A stretch of 64,000 bases of DNA from Minutocellus sp. GHC0000111 (lineage: Eukaryota), in NCBI GenBank assembly GCA_977018835.1, contig OZ361256.1:1054001-1118000 (forward strand). Reading direction: 5' to 3'. Of this stretch, positions 12,229 to 24,300 are shown in pieces (the first letter of the stretch is position 1; each line of letters begins with the position of its first letter). The translations under genes and the position numbers were made by a program. The notes under the pieces are model-generated. The model did not search any database. It was given only the letters and a program-made list of their open reading frames with translations, and was not told where the DNA came from.

Positions 12229-14542
12229 ATGGAAACATCACGTGCTAACGCCAAGGAGGCAATCCTCTCACTCTTGCTCTCATTCCCAGACGACGTCAGA
12301 TGTACTTACTACACTGTTGATGAGCTTGTCCGTGTCTTGATGCGCGGTGGCGCATCGCCGAGCTTAGAGATCTCTCTTGTTCGACCACCTCTTCAACACG
12401 TCCCAACACGACACGAGGTCAACATCCAACGACGACGTCCAGAGAAAACATCAGGCCTTGACGTTGCAAAGCCCTTCTACCGCTTCTCCAGAATAGCCGA
12501 CAACGCCAGCCCACGCTCTCAACGCAATGGTAAGCGATCACTGCCGACCATGCCTGAAAATTACTTCCAGGACGATGAAAAGCATGGGCCCCATCTCAAC
12601 GCGACACTGAAACATTGTTCCGACAAGAGTTCTTCGGGCGGTCGGTCATCTACTCCCACCGCCAACGCTATCGATCGTCCCAACATCACCGGCGTGCAGC
12701 TCAACGGCAAAAGAGTTGTGGTTGAGATGAAGCAGCTGCATGATTTCGTACAGAGTCTCCACCGATCGTGCGGCAATCTGCATCTCTCGGCCGAGCCAGT
12801 TCGGCGTGGATTCGGCGTTACATTTGAATGGCGATGCGATAGATGCAACCAACCTTTTTCTTTTTGCACTTGGATCGGCCAGAGGTCAGAAGTTGTGTGC
12901 CCCGGCAGAAAGCATTCTAGAAGTCAGGCTGGAATGAACTTGGAGCTGATGGAGGCAGCGGAAGATGAGGCCATGCACGCAAGTCGCTTCATGAATTTCT
13001 GCACGAAGGCCGACATCGTCCATCCGACCGAAAAGAATGCCCGACAGGTGGAAAAGAAATGCAGAGCAGCGGCTATTGAAGCAGCTGATGAAATCATTGA
13101 CGAGAATAGGGCAAAAGCATGTGCCGCTAGCAGCAAGACTGTTGAGTTTGAACAAGGCGGCGAGATGCACACGGCGGCGGTGGTTGCGGTGGCCCAAGAC
13201 GGCAGCGCCCTCAAACGCGACTACGGCCATTGCTACACTGGCTCTGCTGCAGCGGTATTTGCCGTAGACAAGGAAACTGGCCTTGTTGTTGACAAGGGAA
13301 TCTCTCAGGCAAGCTGCCACCATTGCGTGAGAGCCTGCAATGCAAGATTGAGGGAGAGGCGGGAAGCCGGCAATCCAACAACGCCGAGTGAGCTCAAAAA
13401 CATGAGCAAGGATGAGACACTGGCCCTGTACGACCATGATGGCTTCTGCTATCGCAACTCTTCCTACTCCCCCGGTGTGGCAGAGGAGCATCTGGCCGAG
13501 AATGTTGGGAGTTGAAAATTTTAATGCCATCCCCCGACCACGCATCAATCGGATGAAACAGGACATTTCGAAGACCACTGATCGGCACAAGCACAGCGTT
13601 CTCGATCAGCCCGATGGTGCTGTGTCCGAGGAGGAAAAACAAAGTCATCTGGCCCTCCTTCAGAAAGAACTCCAGTCCGTCGTTCGTCACCAATGTGGCA
13701 TTCACACTTTTTGCACCACCAACACGTGTGATTGGATTCGCCTCAGCATTGCTCATCCTGATTGGAGTGATGGCAAGCTCGATGAGGAATGGAGCTCGGG
13801 GAATCAATTCGATGGCGACATATTGGAGATTAGTGACGACACGATTCGCAAGATGACGCTTGAAATAACCAAGAGAATCAACAAGAATGCTGCCGACTCC
13901 AACTGCAAGAAGGAATCTACCACCGGCGTCGAACAGCTCAACGGGATGGTGACGAAGTTCACGATGGGGAAAAGGCCGAATTTGACTGCTTCAGATGCCT
14001 ACCCAAATGCAACAAGTAGAGCCGCTGGCCACAAGTCACTGGGTACGGAATTCAATGAGCGAGTTCTTGGAAAGTTGGGATCGAGGGATTCTCCTACCCG
14101 AAAAGATGGATTCGATGCAATTGACCGGAAGCTCGAGGGCGACCTTGCGCGTAAGCGCACCGATGAGTACAAAAAGAGCAAGAGCGACAGCAAGCGCCTT
14201 CGAGCAGCCTTGCGAAACAGAAGCGAGAAAGACGACAAGGACTATGTGTACAAGAAGAACAGGGCCCTAGCTGCTGGTAAGGCGAAACCAGCAAAGCCTG
14301 GCCGCAAGAAGAAGATTGACCAGCAGTGTCAGAAATGCAAGCAGCTTGGCCACACTCGGGCTGAATGTCAATGCGACGATGCTGACGACGTTGTCGTTTA
14401 CGCCGGAAAGAAGCGCAGAAGCCCAGGCAGCAACAAGAAATCTGCAAGAAATAATAAGAAAGCTAAGACAAACTTCGGTGTATCGGCAAATGATGTTAGC
14501 TCTTGGATGCCGGCGATACTGAGAGAAAATGGCAGCTTGTAA
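12229..14542 (+). pseudogene. Kolobok-type DDE transposase, split at ~13510 by a frameshift or internal deletion
   Basis: 5' part: QDGSALKR...AVDKETGLVVD...SCHHC...HDGFCYRNSSYSPGVAEE. 3' part: HQCGIHTFC...CDW, ESTTGVEQLNGMVTKFTMGKR and a C-terminal zinc knuckle CQKCKQLGHTRAEC. No recognisable second catalytic Asp block between them. Confidence 0.8.
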
Positions 14543-14646
14543 ACACGTGTAAAATATTTTATCACTGTAAATAAAAATGGATTTATTGTGTGCTGTTACT
14601 CACGTGCTACGCACATTCTTGTTATCTACATGTGTTGAGGTAATGA

Positions 14647-15876
14647 TTATGTATTTTCCTCTTCTTCTTCCTCTTCATCTTGATGACCAGGGATGAATCC
14701 AACATATCGTTCACCTTTATCATTTGGATAAATGAACCTAATGCAAAAGACTAGACAGGTTGGCAAGGGCTTCCGATCAAGCCAACCTCTCACATGATAC
14801 ACCTCAGTTGCATAGTACCAATACAGCATGTTCCTCTTCAAATTATTTGCCATGGCTTCGACTGGCATGGTGGTTGCGTAGTATTTGTCAGCGATATCCT
14901 CCAGGTCCTCCTCCGTCGGCACCAGCATTTCTTCGCAGACGCATTTCTGAAAGAAGAGTGTGCCGTACATTGAGCAGCTTCGGTTGGCGGCAGTGCAGCA
15001 AGCAGGGGGTATTGGCGGCCTCTCTCTGGTCTCGTCCCAATTACCGAATGTGTCTGCCTCCGGCGCTGCCGTCGGATCATCGTCGGCTTCCTCACAAACG
15101 GCCGCAACAAGAGCATCCGTGTCCGATCTGATCGCTGCTGATGGCCCACCATCTACCTGCAGAAGTTGGCCCATTCCAACAATATCAAAATCAACTAGTC
15201 CAATCCCAGCAGTAGAGTGTATGTCATCATATGGAGCCACATGCCATCGGTGGAACTTTGTCAATTTGATCACATGGCCCTGTTGTAGACTTCGGGCCTT
15301 TTCGGTAATTGTCAGGGCAACACGAGCGACGATAACCTTTCCGCTTCCATCAAGCAAAGTAAGCGATGTGGTGTTGAAACGTCGGCCGTGCGCAGCAAGA
15401 GCCGATCCAATATCGATCCGTTTCCCATGAAGTTGAAATATAGGGAAGAATTCAGGTCCGGCGTCAAACATGGGATCTTGCAATTGATCGACGATGCCGA
15501 CCGTCAGCCTCAACTTCACATCAGCCACGGACGGGTTGGTAACTACGAGGCCGGGCCGCTCAGCAGCGACATCAATATCATCCCGAACATGATACTTATC
15601 AGCGCGAGCCTCGACTGCTTTGACAAGATGTTGAAGTGCATGGCCGACGCCGGGATTGTTCCATAATTCTCGTCCTTGTCCGTTCCGGTCGTTCTCCAAC
15701 GTGACGGCGAGGCCCTCCAGTATCTCGGTAACGGCGTCTTTCGCTTTGTCCTCCGCCTTCTCTTTCTTCTTGTCAACAGGCAAAATCGGGCGACCGGAGT
15801 TATCTGTCTTGAGTTTCCGCAACCGCGTATCTGCGTTGTGGGCCGGGCCGGCACTATTATCAGCGCTGCGCTTCAT
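14647..15876 (-). CDS. Kolobok accessory protein: putative OB fold plus KolX/P2X7-ballast-like domain
   Basis: 409-aa intact ORF inside the TIRs. C-terminus CC..C..CVC..KRNMLYWYY...RKPLPTCLVFCIRFIYPNDKGERYVGF. Middle LTLLDGSG...LQQGHVIKLTKF. Confidence 0.75.
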   Translation of the reverse strand: MKRSADNSAGPAHNADTRLRKLKTDNSGRPILPVDKKKEKAEDKAKDAVTEILEGLAVTLENDRNGQGRELWNNPGVGHALQHLVKAVEARADKYHVRDDIDVAAERPGLVVTNPSVADVKLRLTVGIVDQLQDPMFDAGPEFFPIFQLHGKRIDIGSALAAHGRRFNTTSLTLLDGSGKVIVARVALTITEKARSLQQGHVIKLTKFHRWHVAPYDDIHSTAGIGLVDFDIVGMGQLLQVDGGPSAAIRSDTDALVAAVCEEADDDPTAAPEADTFGNWDETRERPPIPPACCTAANRSCSMYGTLFFQKCVCEEMLVPTEEDLEDIADKYYATTMPVEAMANNLKRNMLYWYYATEVYHVRGWLDRKPLPTCLVFCIRFIYPNDKGERYVGFIPGHQDEEEEEEENT

Positions 15877-16460
15877 CGTAATGAAGAGGGGGCAGAGCGG
15901 CGATTCTCATGGTGAGGTCGAGTTTTTGTCATGCTTCGCTCGTCATAAGAAATAAGAATAAGGGGGATTAAAAACGGGGAAAATTATGGACAGCGCCCTC
16001 TTAATATGATTGACCGTCGAATCTCCTCAATCCACTTTCTGCCAACGCGACAGAAAGTCAAGTGACACAAGTGACATCGACCATCTGAAACACCAGCACA
16101 GAAAGAACTTCGACGAGGACCAATCCGAAGCCATTGAGCACTGTGACGCCGGTTAACAACGGGGCCAGATGTCGCCGGGCTGATGTAAAGGCAGTAGTCG
16201 CATTTGAGGCCTTTGTGTCGTCACCTCCTGCAATTTCACTTGTGTTTTCGTCAGCGTTTCGTTTTTGGCCTCTCTTGCTTCCGTTTTTTTTTGCGGGATA
16301 CACGTAGATCTAGTGTGTTGGCCGCCTCTAATGCATGGGCATTATTATTCCTGAATCATTGAATCATTCCAAATTATTCCAGAGAACCAAAATTTGAGAG
16401 CAATAATACCAATACTACCGGTAGAAGAGCGGTTGGTAGCAATCAATACTCCCGAAGTCC

Positions 16461-17650
16461 ATGCAACAGAGAGACAGCAATATTCTTCAACAACTGACGC
16501 CCGACAGTTTGGACATCACTGCAACAACAGCCCCCGCACCAAACGTCGGTTCTTGCGTCGATCAGATAGGCCACATCGAAGAGGAGAGAGAATTAGAACG
16601 AACGACCAACATGTCACCAAACTCCCACCAACTTTCACAGAGCATGAGCCACGCTGATAGCTTCCTTTCGGCCTCATCGTTGGACAGCAGCGCTTCTGGA
16701 CTTCTCACCTCGGTGATGAAGATTCGCGTTGGAGACTACAACAAACCCGCCACACGGCCCAACTACCCCCAACAGGATGTTAGTGCGACGGCCACACTGG
16801 CTGCTCAAGCATTGCAGAATCCCGCCCTTTCAGAGTCGGCCCTTCTGCTGCTTCGATCGCTGCGAGAGACTGCTAATCTCGAACGAGCGCCCAGAAGCAT
16901 AATGGAGCAGCACGAGCAAGCGGGCACCGGAAGGCACATGGCTGCTCAAGCGTATGGGACACTCAGCCCTATTCCACGAACGGCACCCAAGATGAATCAC
17001 GAAGAAAAAGTTCAGGTGCTGCGTCGGCTATACGCGAGCCGCACTCGCAACAAGGTCAGTGGCAGTGACAGCGACAACAATGCTGACGAGGCACAACAGG
17101 AGCAGGTGAAGGGGCAGGAGACGAGCGAGCGTAGTCAAGACGGCGGCATCTCCAGTACCCTCGAAGGAGAACTTAGAAAGATGATAGCAATGAAGAAATC
17201 AGTCAAGGTAAGTAGAAGAGGGAAATATCACATCGGAGCCTTTCTTATGATCTCGTCATGGGTGAAATGGTACTAGATCTAGCTAGTATCATGTGAATGA
17301 ATTACCGGAATATTTTGTATACTTACTTCAATTCTTTCTACTTTTGGCCTACAAATGAACAGACTGTCACGCCACACAGCACCCCTGACACCAACGCCAA
17401 CGGCACGGAAGCTCATCGGCAAGTTCCTCTTCCTGAGCAGGGGACTATTATTCAGGTCTCCAAAAAGATTCAACCTATGGTGCGCCCATGTGACGACGTG
17501 CTAAAGGCCTCGAGCAAACGCAAGTCGTCCAGCTTGGATGATGACGGCCATCGCGCGAAGAGGATCAAGTTCGCCTCCACTGCCGCCGCTGCTGCATCGT
17601 CACCTGCAAAGAGCTCTACGAAACGCACTTTTGCCAGCAGATGTGCATAG
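16461..17650 (+). CDS. Hypothetical low-complexity protein, two exons
   Basis: 271-aa ORF ending at a GTAAGT donor (~17208), an AT-rich intron and an acceptor at ~17361 that continues TVTPHSTPD to TAG 17650. Confidence 0.55.
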
Positions 17651-18307
17651 TGGGTCCATGATGAGAGTCAAGAAAAGAAGAATTTTGAATCGGGTGAATG
17701 AATATCAATATCATGGTTACTGTATTTGATCTCTAGATCTTTAAGTAGAACAGAGGAGGGACAGATGAGGGACAGATAACAGTCTCCAGCTCAATATATA
17801 TATATTCTCCTCACAAAAATGAGTTGTTGTGAACTGTCTCTGTGTCGTCGTCTCGACAAGGTGTTTCCAATGCGATGATGATGAATAGAACGTAATAATC
17901 TACATAGATACTCTTTGGTTGCTGAAAAGCATCGCAGGCTACGCTAAAACTGCCGTAGGCCCGAGCACCCACTTCCTCTTCACTTCACTTCGCTTCGAAA
18001 AGTCAAACAAACTACCAGCTGCACCACTTCCGGGTCCGGAGACGTACGTACTGCACTGCATGCAGAACCTGTAGCAACGCACGAAAACGACGAAAACCTG
18101 CTGGCATGGCGGCATACCTAGCTCTAGGTACGAGTAAGCAACGGCTGGCCGAGTCAGCAACGCGGAACAAACCACGCACTCTGCTATCTTGGCTGCAGAT
18201 ACCGCGCGCGGCGAGTGTTGGATCTCCATACTCCCTTTGCGCTGAACTGGCCAAACGAAGCGCATTGACTTCATTCATTTCGAAGTCTCCAACGCTCCAC
18301 GCAGAAA

Positions 18308-21300
18308 ATGAGTACCGAGAGGCCCTGTCGATGCCCTTGTGATGGCATCGGCATTCAAAATACCAATGATCTCGTGGGCAATTCCAATTCGGTTCGAAGA
18401 AGAGTAAGAAAACGCCGGCGATCTCATCCAGGCTGCCAGAGAATGTTGGCGCGCACCACTGAGCACATTGTGCCACTCCTCCTCATAGTTTTGGTGACGA
18501 ATGCTTCGTTGTTGAAGTTCGATGCCGCTGCCACTGTTCTTGCGTTCACGGCCGCACCACCCAGCAGCAATGGCCGGTCGGGGCTCAAACAGGGGTATGC
18601 AACAAATTCACTGGGTATAAAAGATGTGCCCTCGAATTGGATGTTATCGAAAAGTCGTGATGTGCCTGTTTTGGCCAGATACCGGCAACTTTCAGCCAGT
18701 AATAGCGTCAATCCTGATGCTGATGCTAAGTCTACTTCATCGCATGACACTGGTCTCAACAATGGTGCTGACCAAGAAACGAATGGCCTTGATGTTACTC
18801 GGGGTGCCACACTCGCACCATATCACATATTGCAACCAGATGCATTCCCTTGGCAAAACCGAAATGGACTACCGGTAGATGGCTCGGATGATATAGTCAT
18901 GGGTCTCAATTCGGCGCTGAGAGTTCTTACCAAGGCTCTGACAAAGATGATAGATGAAGTGCTTGAATACAATGTAATAGGTGGTGACAGGGCAGTGGGG
19001 AGTGCAGTGGTGGATTTGCTTAATCAATACTGCACGGAACGAGTCCCGGCCTCCTCGTCCTCTCATGGACCCGTCGTCCTTCGAATCGAACAGATCCTAT
19101 CGCATGAAGTTGATCCACTCCGTTGGGTGCACGCCAATAGCAAGCGTGTAGAATACCGTGAGCCAATTGCCTTCTTTGCCGATGCTGATGGTGAGAGAGA
19201 GGCTGCAAGTATCGGGTCGAGCTTGACGTTGACTGATTTGGTATTTGGAGAGGGCAACACGAGCGGTAGCTGGAGAACAGTATCAGCGTTACCACCACGT
19301 GCGGAATTGTACGGCGGGTCAAGATTTGACTCATGCGACGAAAACGACGACAGGGGGCGCCGCCAAGGATCAGAGTGGCAAGCATTTGGGAATGAAAGGT
19401 GGATTCTGCCTTCAGTAGAATTGAGATCTTATCCAAAGGAAGAACAGTCAATTTTGGCCGCCCAAGTCGTTTTTCATCCCGGTGAAAATTGTACCGAGAA
19501 TCTTCGAGATTCTATTCATAAGGCACTGGGTGTGTTGCAAAAGCTTTCCGATGCTACATCGCCTGAGATGGTACCAACGGATTTGCCTCCGGTCGTGAGG
19601 AGAGACTATAACGTTGGTGGTGAAGATGGAGACGGTCAGGAAGCCTTTGAACGGGGGGTGACAGCGGCTTTGAAAGCGTTCGAAGACGATGGCTACCGCA
19701 TTATTGGGAAAGAAGGTAGTACAGGCGATGATGGAGAGTGTGGTATTGATATTGATGAAAATAGTGGGCACAATTTGTGCATAGATCTGCAAAAGGTTGT
19801 CCTTGCTCGTCGCGCCGACCTTCACGTCGGCTCTTTGCTCTCAGGCCTTGACCTTCTCATGGCACTAAAATTCGGCGGACACAAGGGACACCTTCTTTAT
19901 CTTCGCCCACCATCCAATGACAACATAATGGATGTTGAAAATGCCGCTGAGTTTGTCGGTTGCTCTCCGGAACGATTGTTTCGTCTTTCTGCAGATGAAT
20001 CCAATGGCCACACTGTGCAAACTGAGGCCCTTGCAGGTACTCGTCCGAGAGGTTCGACTCCACAAGCCGATCGACAGTTACTACAAGACTTGATAACAAG
20101 TGAAAAGGACAGATCTGAGAATGTAATCACAGGGGACTTCATTGAGGAGGTCTTTGACGATATGGTCGGCCTCGGGCTTTTGAGGGGTCAAGAAGTGGAA
20201 ACTGCTGTGTCGAGAAATGCTGATGAGAATAAGTCAAAAATATTTGGAAACATTCAGCAAAAAGACGAAAACATGTTCTTTGTGCGGCGCTTGAGACAGC
20301 TGCAGCATATTTGTCGCCTCTTTGAGGGTCGACTTGCCGAAGATGCGAGACCATCGGATGCAATCTGTCATCTCCTTCAGAACTTACATCCAACACCAGC
20401 GTTGAACGGATATCCTTCTGCAGCGGCCTTGGAATTTATTCGAAAATTCGAGTCATCATCTTTTGACAGAGGGTATTATGGAGGGCCCTTTGGCTACGTT
20501 GGTAAGGACGCAGCAGATGTTTCTGTTGCCATTCGAAGTGCCTTGCTTACTGGTGTTTCGACGAAGAAGAGCAGCGGCACCGTTAGTGATCGTCAAAATC
20601 ATGGCATTAGTGCTGAGAAGGGCTCGACTCGAGTTTCCATATACGCCGGCGCGGGCATTGTACCTGGCTCTACTGTCGAATCTGAGTGGGCAGAGACGTC
20701 GCAAAAACTTGGAGTTCTGTCGTCAATTTTCCCGCCGTCTCCCATCACTCTTCAGGAGAGTCCGACGCCAAACGTAGCGTGGGCAACAGCATTCGTTGAG
20801 GAACTCATTAGAAATGGGGTCACGCAATTTTATGTTTGTCCAGGCTCACGATCTACGCCATTAACATCGGCCCTTGCTAAGGCAGCCAGATCTAGGATTG
20901 GATCGGTCCACGCCATCAGTGTTCACGACGAACGCGGGGCTGCGTTTCGTGCCCTTGGGTATGGTAGGCGAACAGGGCGTCCAGCTGCTGTAGTTACCAG
21001 TTCTGGCACGGCAGTCGCCAACCTCTATCCAGCAGTGATGGAAGCCGGAATGGATGGAGTACCAATGCTCCTATTGACAGCTGACCGGCCATACGAAAGT
21101 CGGGACACTGGTGCAAACCAAGCAGTGGATCAGGTGAAGGTAAGGATACCACATTTTGGGCGTTGCGGTTGTGACTTCTTATTTTGGTGTGATCTCATTG
21201 ATGAATCGACTCTCCCCCCTATCTCCAATTTATGCCAACGCACAGGCGTTTTCTTCCTCATACACTCGATGGTTCCGAGATATATTGCCCCCGTCCGATG

Positions 21301-24300
21301 ATGTGCCGATATCCCTCGTTCTCTCCGATGCTAATCACGCTGTCACCTTATCACAAAGTCTGATGGGGCCAGTCCATCTCAATATCCAATTTCGTGAAAA
21401 TCTTGCTCCTGACACTGGTGCAATCCGAAATGATGACCGAGTAGGATCAATCACGACATTCAATTCAGGTCGCTTTACCGATGCTCCGGCCTTCCAGAGG
21501 TGGAGCATCGGTGGAGGCCGATGGTCCAATTCGTACTATTCGTCGGACGTCGTCGCCAACGTTTCGAACGAGGCTGCGGTTGATGATGTATCAACTCTGA
21601 TGCAGACATCCAAGCGCGGGATCATCGTCGTCGGCAACGTTCGCACCAGTTCGCTCGATTCCGTCGAAGAGATCATTTCTGATTTTGCTCAATACATGGG
21701 GTATCCGATCTTTGCCGGCATTCAAGGGGGTCATCTTCGAAGCATCTGCCCTTCTGTCGTACCCTATGGGGAACACCTCTTGAAGCATCCTGCTGTATCG
21801 CAGGGAATTCAGGCTGACTTTGTTCTGCAGATTGGTGCACCAATGATTTCAACTGAAATCGCCAAAGTCATATCCGAATGTGTTGCAAATGGCGGGTCGC
21901 ATGTCCTTCTTCATCCTCATCATCCAACAGAAAGAGCGGATCCTGGCTTTACAGTCACCCACAGAGTCAGCTCTGAGGCTGGAAGGTTCCTTCGATCTGT
22001 TCAGCAACGCCTTGAATCTAATGGTCTAACAAAGGGGACACTAACGAGTGATCTTGCGCCGCTTGTTCTTTTGGGTCGCGCACTAGGAGAAAAAATGCCA
22101 GGTATAATTCACAAGGCTTCCTCCGACATTGTGGCGAAGCAGATCGGTGCCGACAACGATGTATTTCTCACAGAGCCTCAAGTCGCTCTGGCTATTTCAG
22201 AGGTTATGCAAAAGCAAGGCGATGCCACCAGTACCAAGTCTGCCTTGTTCCTATCGAACTCAATGCCAGTACGCGATGCTGAGTTCTTTCTTTATCCAGA
22301 ATCGATCGGTAGCAGCAGCCCTTCCTCTGTAGCGGTCAATCGAGGTGCTAGTGGAATCGATGGGATCATTTCTTCAGCGGCTGGGTATGCTGACTCTTCT
22401 GAGGATCCAACAACCCTAGTTGTCGGTGATTTGGCGAGTCTTCATGATTTGAATGCATTCCACACCCTTGCTCGCACTTCGTCATCCACGCAGCAACCGC
22501 ATTCTCCGTCTTCATCTTCGCATTCACCTCCTCTTACCACTGTGATTGTCAACAATGACGGAGGAGGCATATTTTCATTCCTCCCTATCGCAAAATATGG
22601 GAATGATGTTGGCTTTGAGGATTTCTTCGGAACTCCGACGCATTCCTTCTCCTTTGATAATGCAGCAAAAGCTTTTGGATTGCCGTACTGTGGTGCTTCA
22701 TCCTTTGACAGCTTTAAGAAATCATATGCCAAGGCCGTTAAGGCTGGATCGCCCAGCATCGTCGAAGCTCGTGTAGTTGGTCGAGACACGAATGTTGCCG
22801 TTCATGCTGAAATCACTCGCCTCGCAAAACAGTTTATTGACGACTTTTTGGAGGGCGCCACCAGAGATGACTCTGCTGCGGGCGATATCGCCCACCAAAG
22901 TCTTCCTGTCAAGATGGAAGAGGTCGAAATCAAAACGACGAAACAGAAAACTCTCCTTTTGCTTCATGGGTGGATGGGAGATAAAGAGGAGTGGGATGAG
23001 GTGTCGACAGAATTATCCAAACAACTCTCGGGTGAATGGAAGGTTGTTGCCATTGATCTTCCCGGTCATGGAGAATCGCCCTTGCTCCTTTCCGAGTCTC
23101 GTCATGCCGTGCGAACTGCTCTGGGAGTTGAAATAGACGCACATCATGTAGACCTGTCAATCGATGGTTTGGCGGCGGCAGTGCTTACATCTCTGAAGCA
23201 GGATCATGGCATTGACGAGGTAGATGCTGTCTGCGGCTACAGTTTGGGCGGCAGAGTTGCATTGGCCATGAGAAGGGCTTTCGATCGAGGAGGAAAGGGC
23301 TCATCCAAAATGTCGATCGTATCCGAACAAACCAAAATGCTACTTCTCAGCGCTTATCCCGGCTCACTTCCTGGTCCAGATCTACATGTAGGAATCGAGA
23401 CCAAAGAAGCAGACAGTAGCGAGCGAGCTGCCAAAGATGATCTCCTGGCACACAAAATGACCGCATTGTGGATGGCTTCTCAATTAGCTCGGCAGAATGA
23501 CAAAAGTGTTTCATCGATGTGGTCTGATTTATTAGCCAGTTGGTATGGAGCAAAGTTGTGGGGTGAACTACGAAATCGTAAGTACGAGAAATATGTGAAA
23601 ATGACAACGAGAAGGGCAAGAAGCCTAGGAAGAAGAGGTCCAGATCTGGCCATCGTACTGAGAGCAAGGTCTCCTCCTCGCAATCCAGATAGCGACTGGA
23701 GTAACGCCATTTCGTCACGGACGCTGTTCATGGCTGGCGAACTTGATGCAAAGTACTCTGCTATTGGCAACCAGTGGCATGAGCAATCTCCCGGGCTCTC
23801 TTATGTCGAGGTGCCAAATTCTGGACACGCTCTCCTAGTCGATGCGGCCGAGGAAGTGGCGAGCACCCTTGCAACATTTATCAGCAAGACAGTCGAAACA
23901 TCCGAAGAAGAAGAATTGCTTACATCACCACCAGCAATGACATCTGCGCCAGCCTCGAGCGAAATTCTAGAGAAGACCGAAGATCAAGCCACGATGTCCA
24001 GTGTGTCAAAATCGCTGCCGACCCTCCTGCCCAAGGTACCAGTCGAAGTGGGGACTTTGGATTTTGAACCCTTTTCCATCGAGCTTCAAGGCAATGGCGG
24101 TAGTACCAAGGGCGCCTTCGGTATTGGCTGGGGCGATCGCGCCAAACCAAAGGCTGAAAATGGATTGAAGGAGCGGCGCGGCTTAATTATCAATCTTAAC
24201 TCGCGCGACGGTGAATACGTCGGCATCGGTGAAATATCGCCGCTTGGTGGGCTTCACCCCGAAACGTTCGAAGAGGCTGAGACGTTTCTCGAGCTCATTA

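Larger units (their letters stand above)
11776..16000. mobile_element. Kolobok-superfamily DNA transposon (4,225 bp) with two convergent ORFs
   Basis: Perfect 17-bp TIRs GAGGGCGCTGTCCATAA (11776-11792 and 15984-16000). TTAA on both sides (11772-11775, 16001-16004). RR...YY termini. Transposase and KolX-like ORF on opposite strands. Confidence 0.9.
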
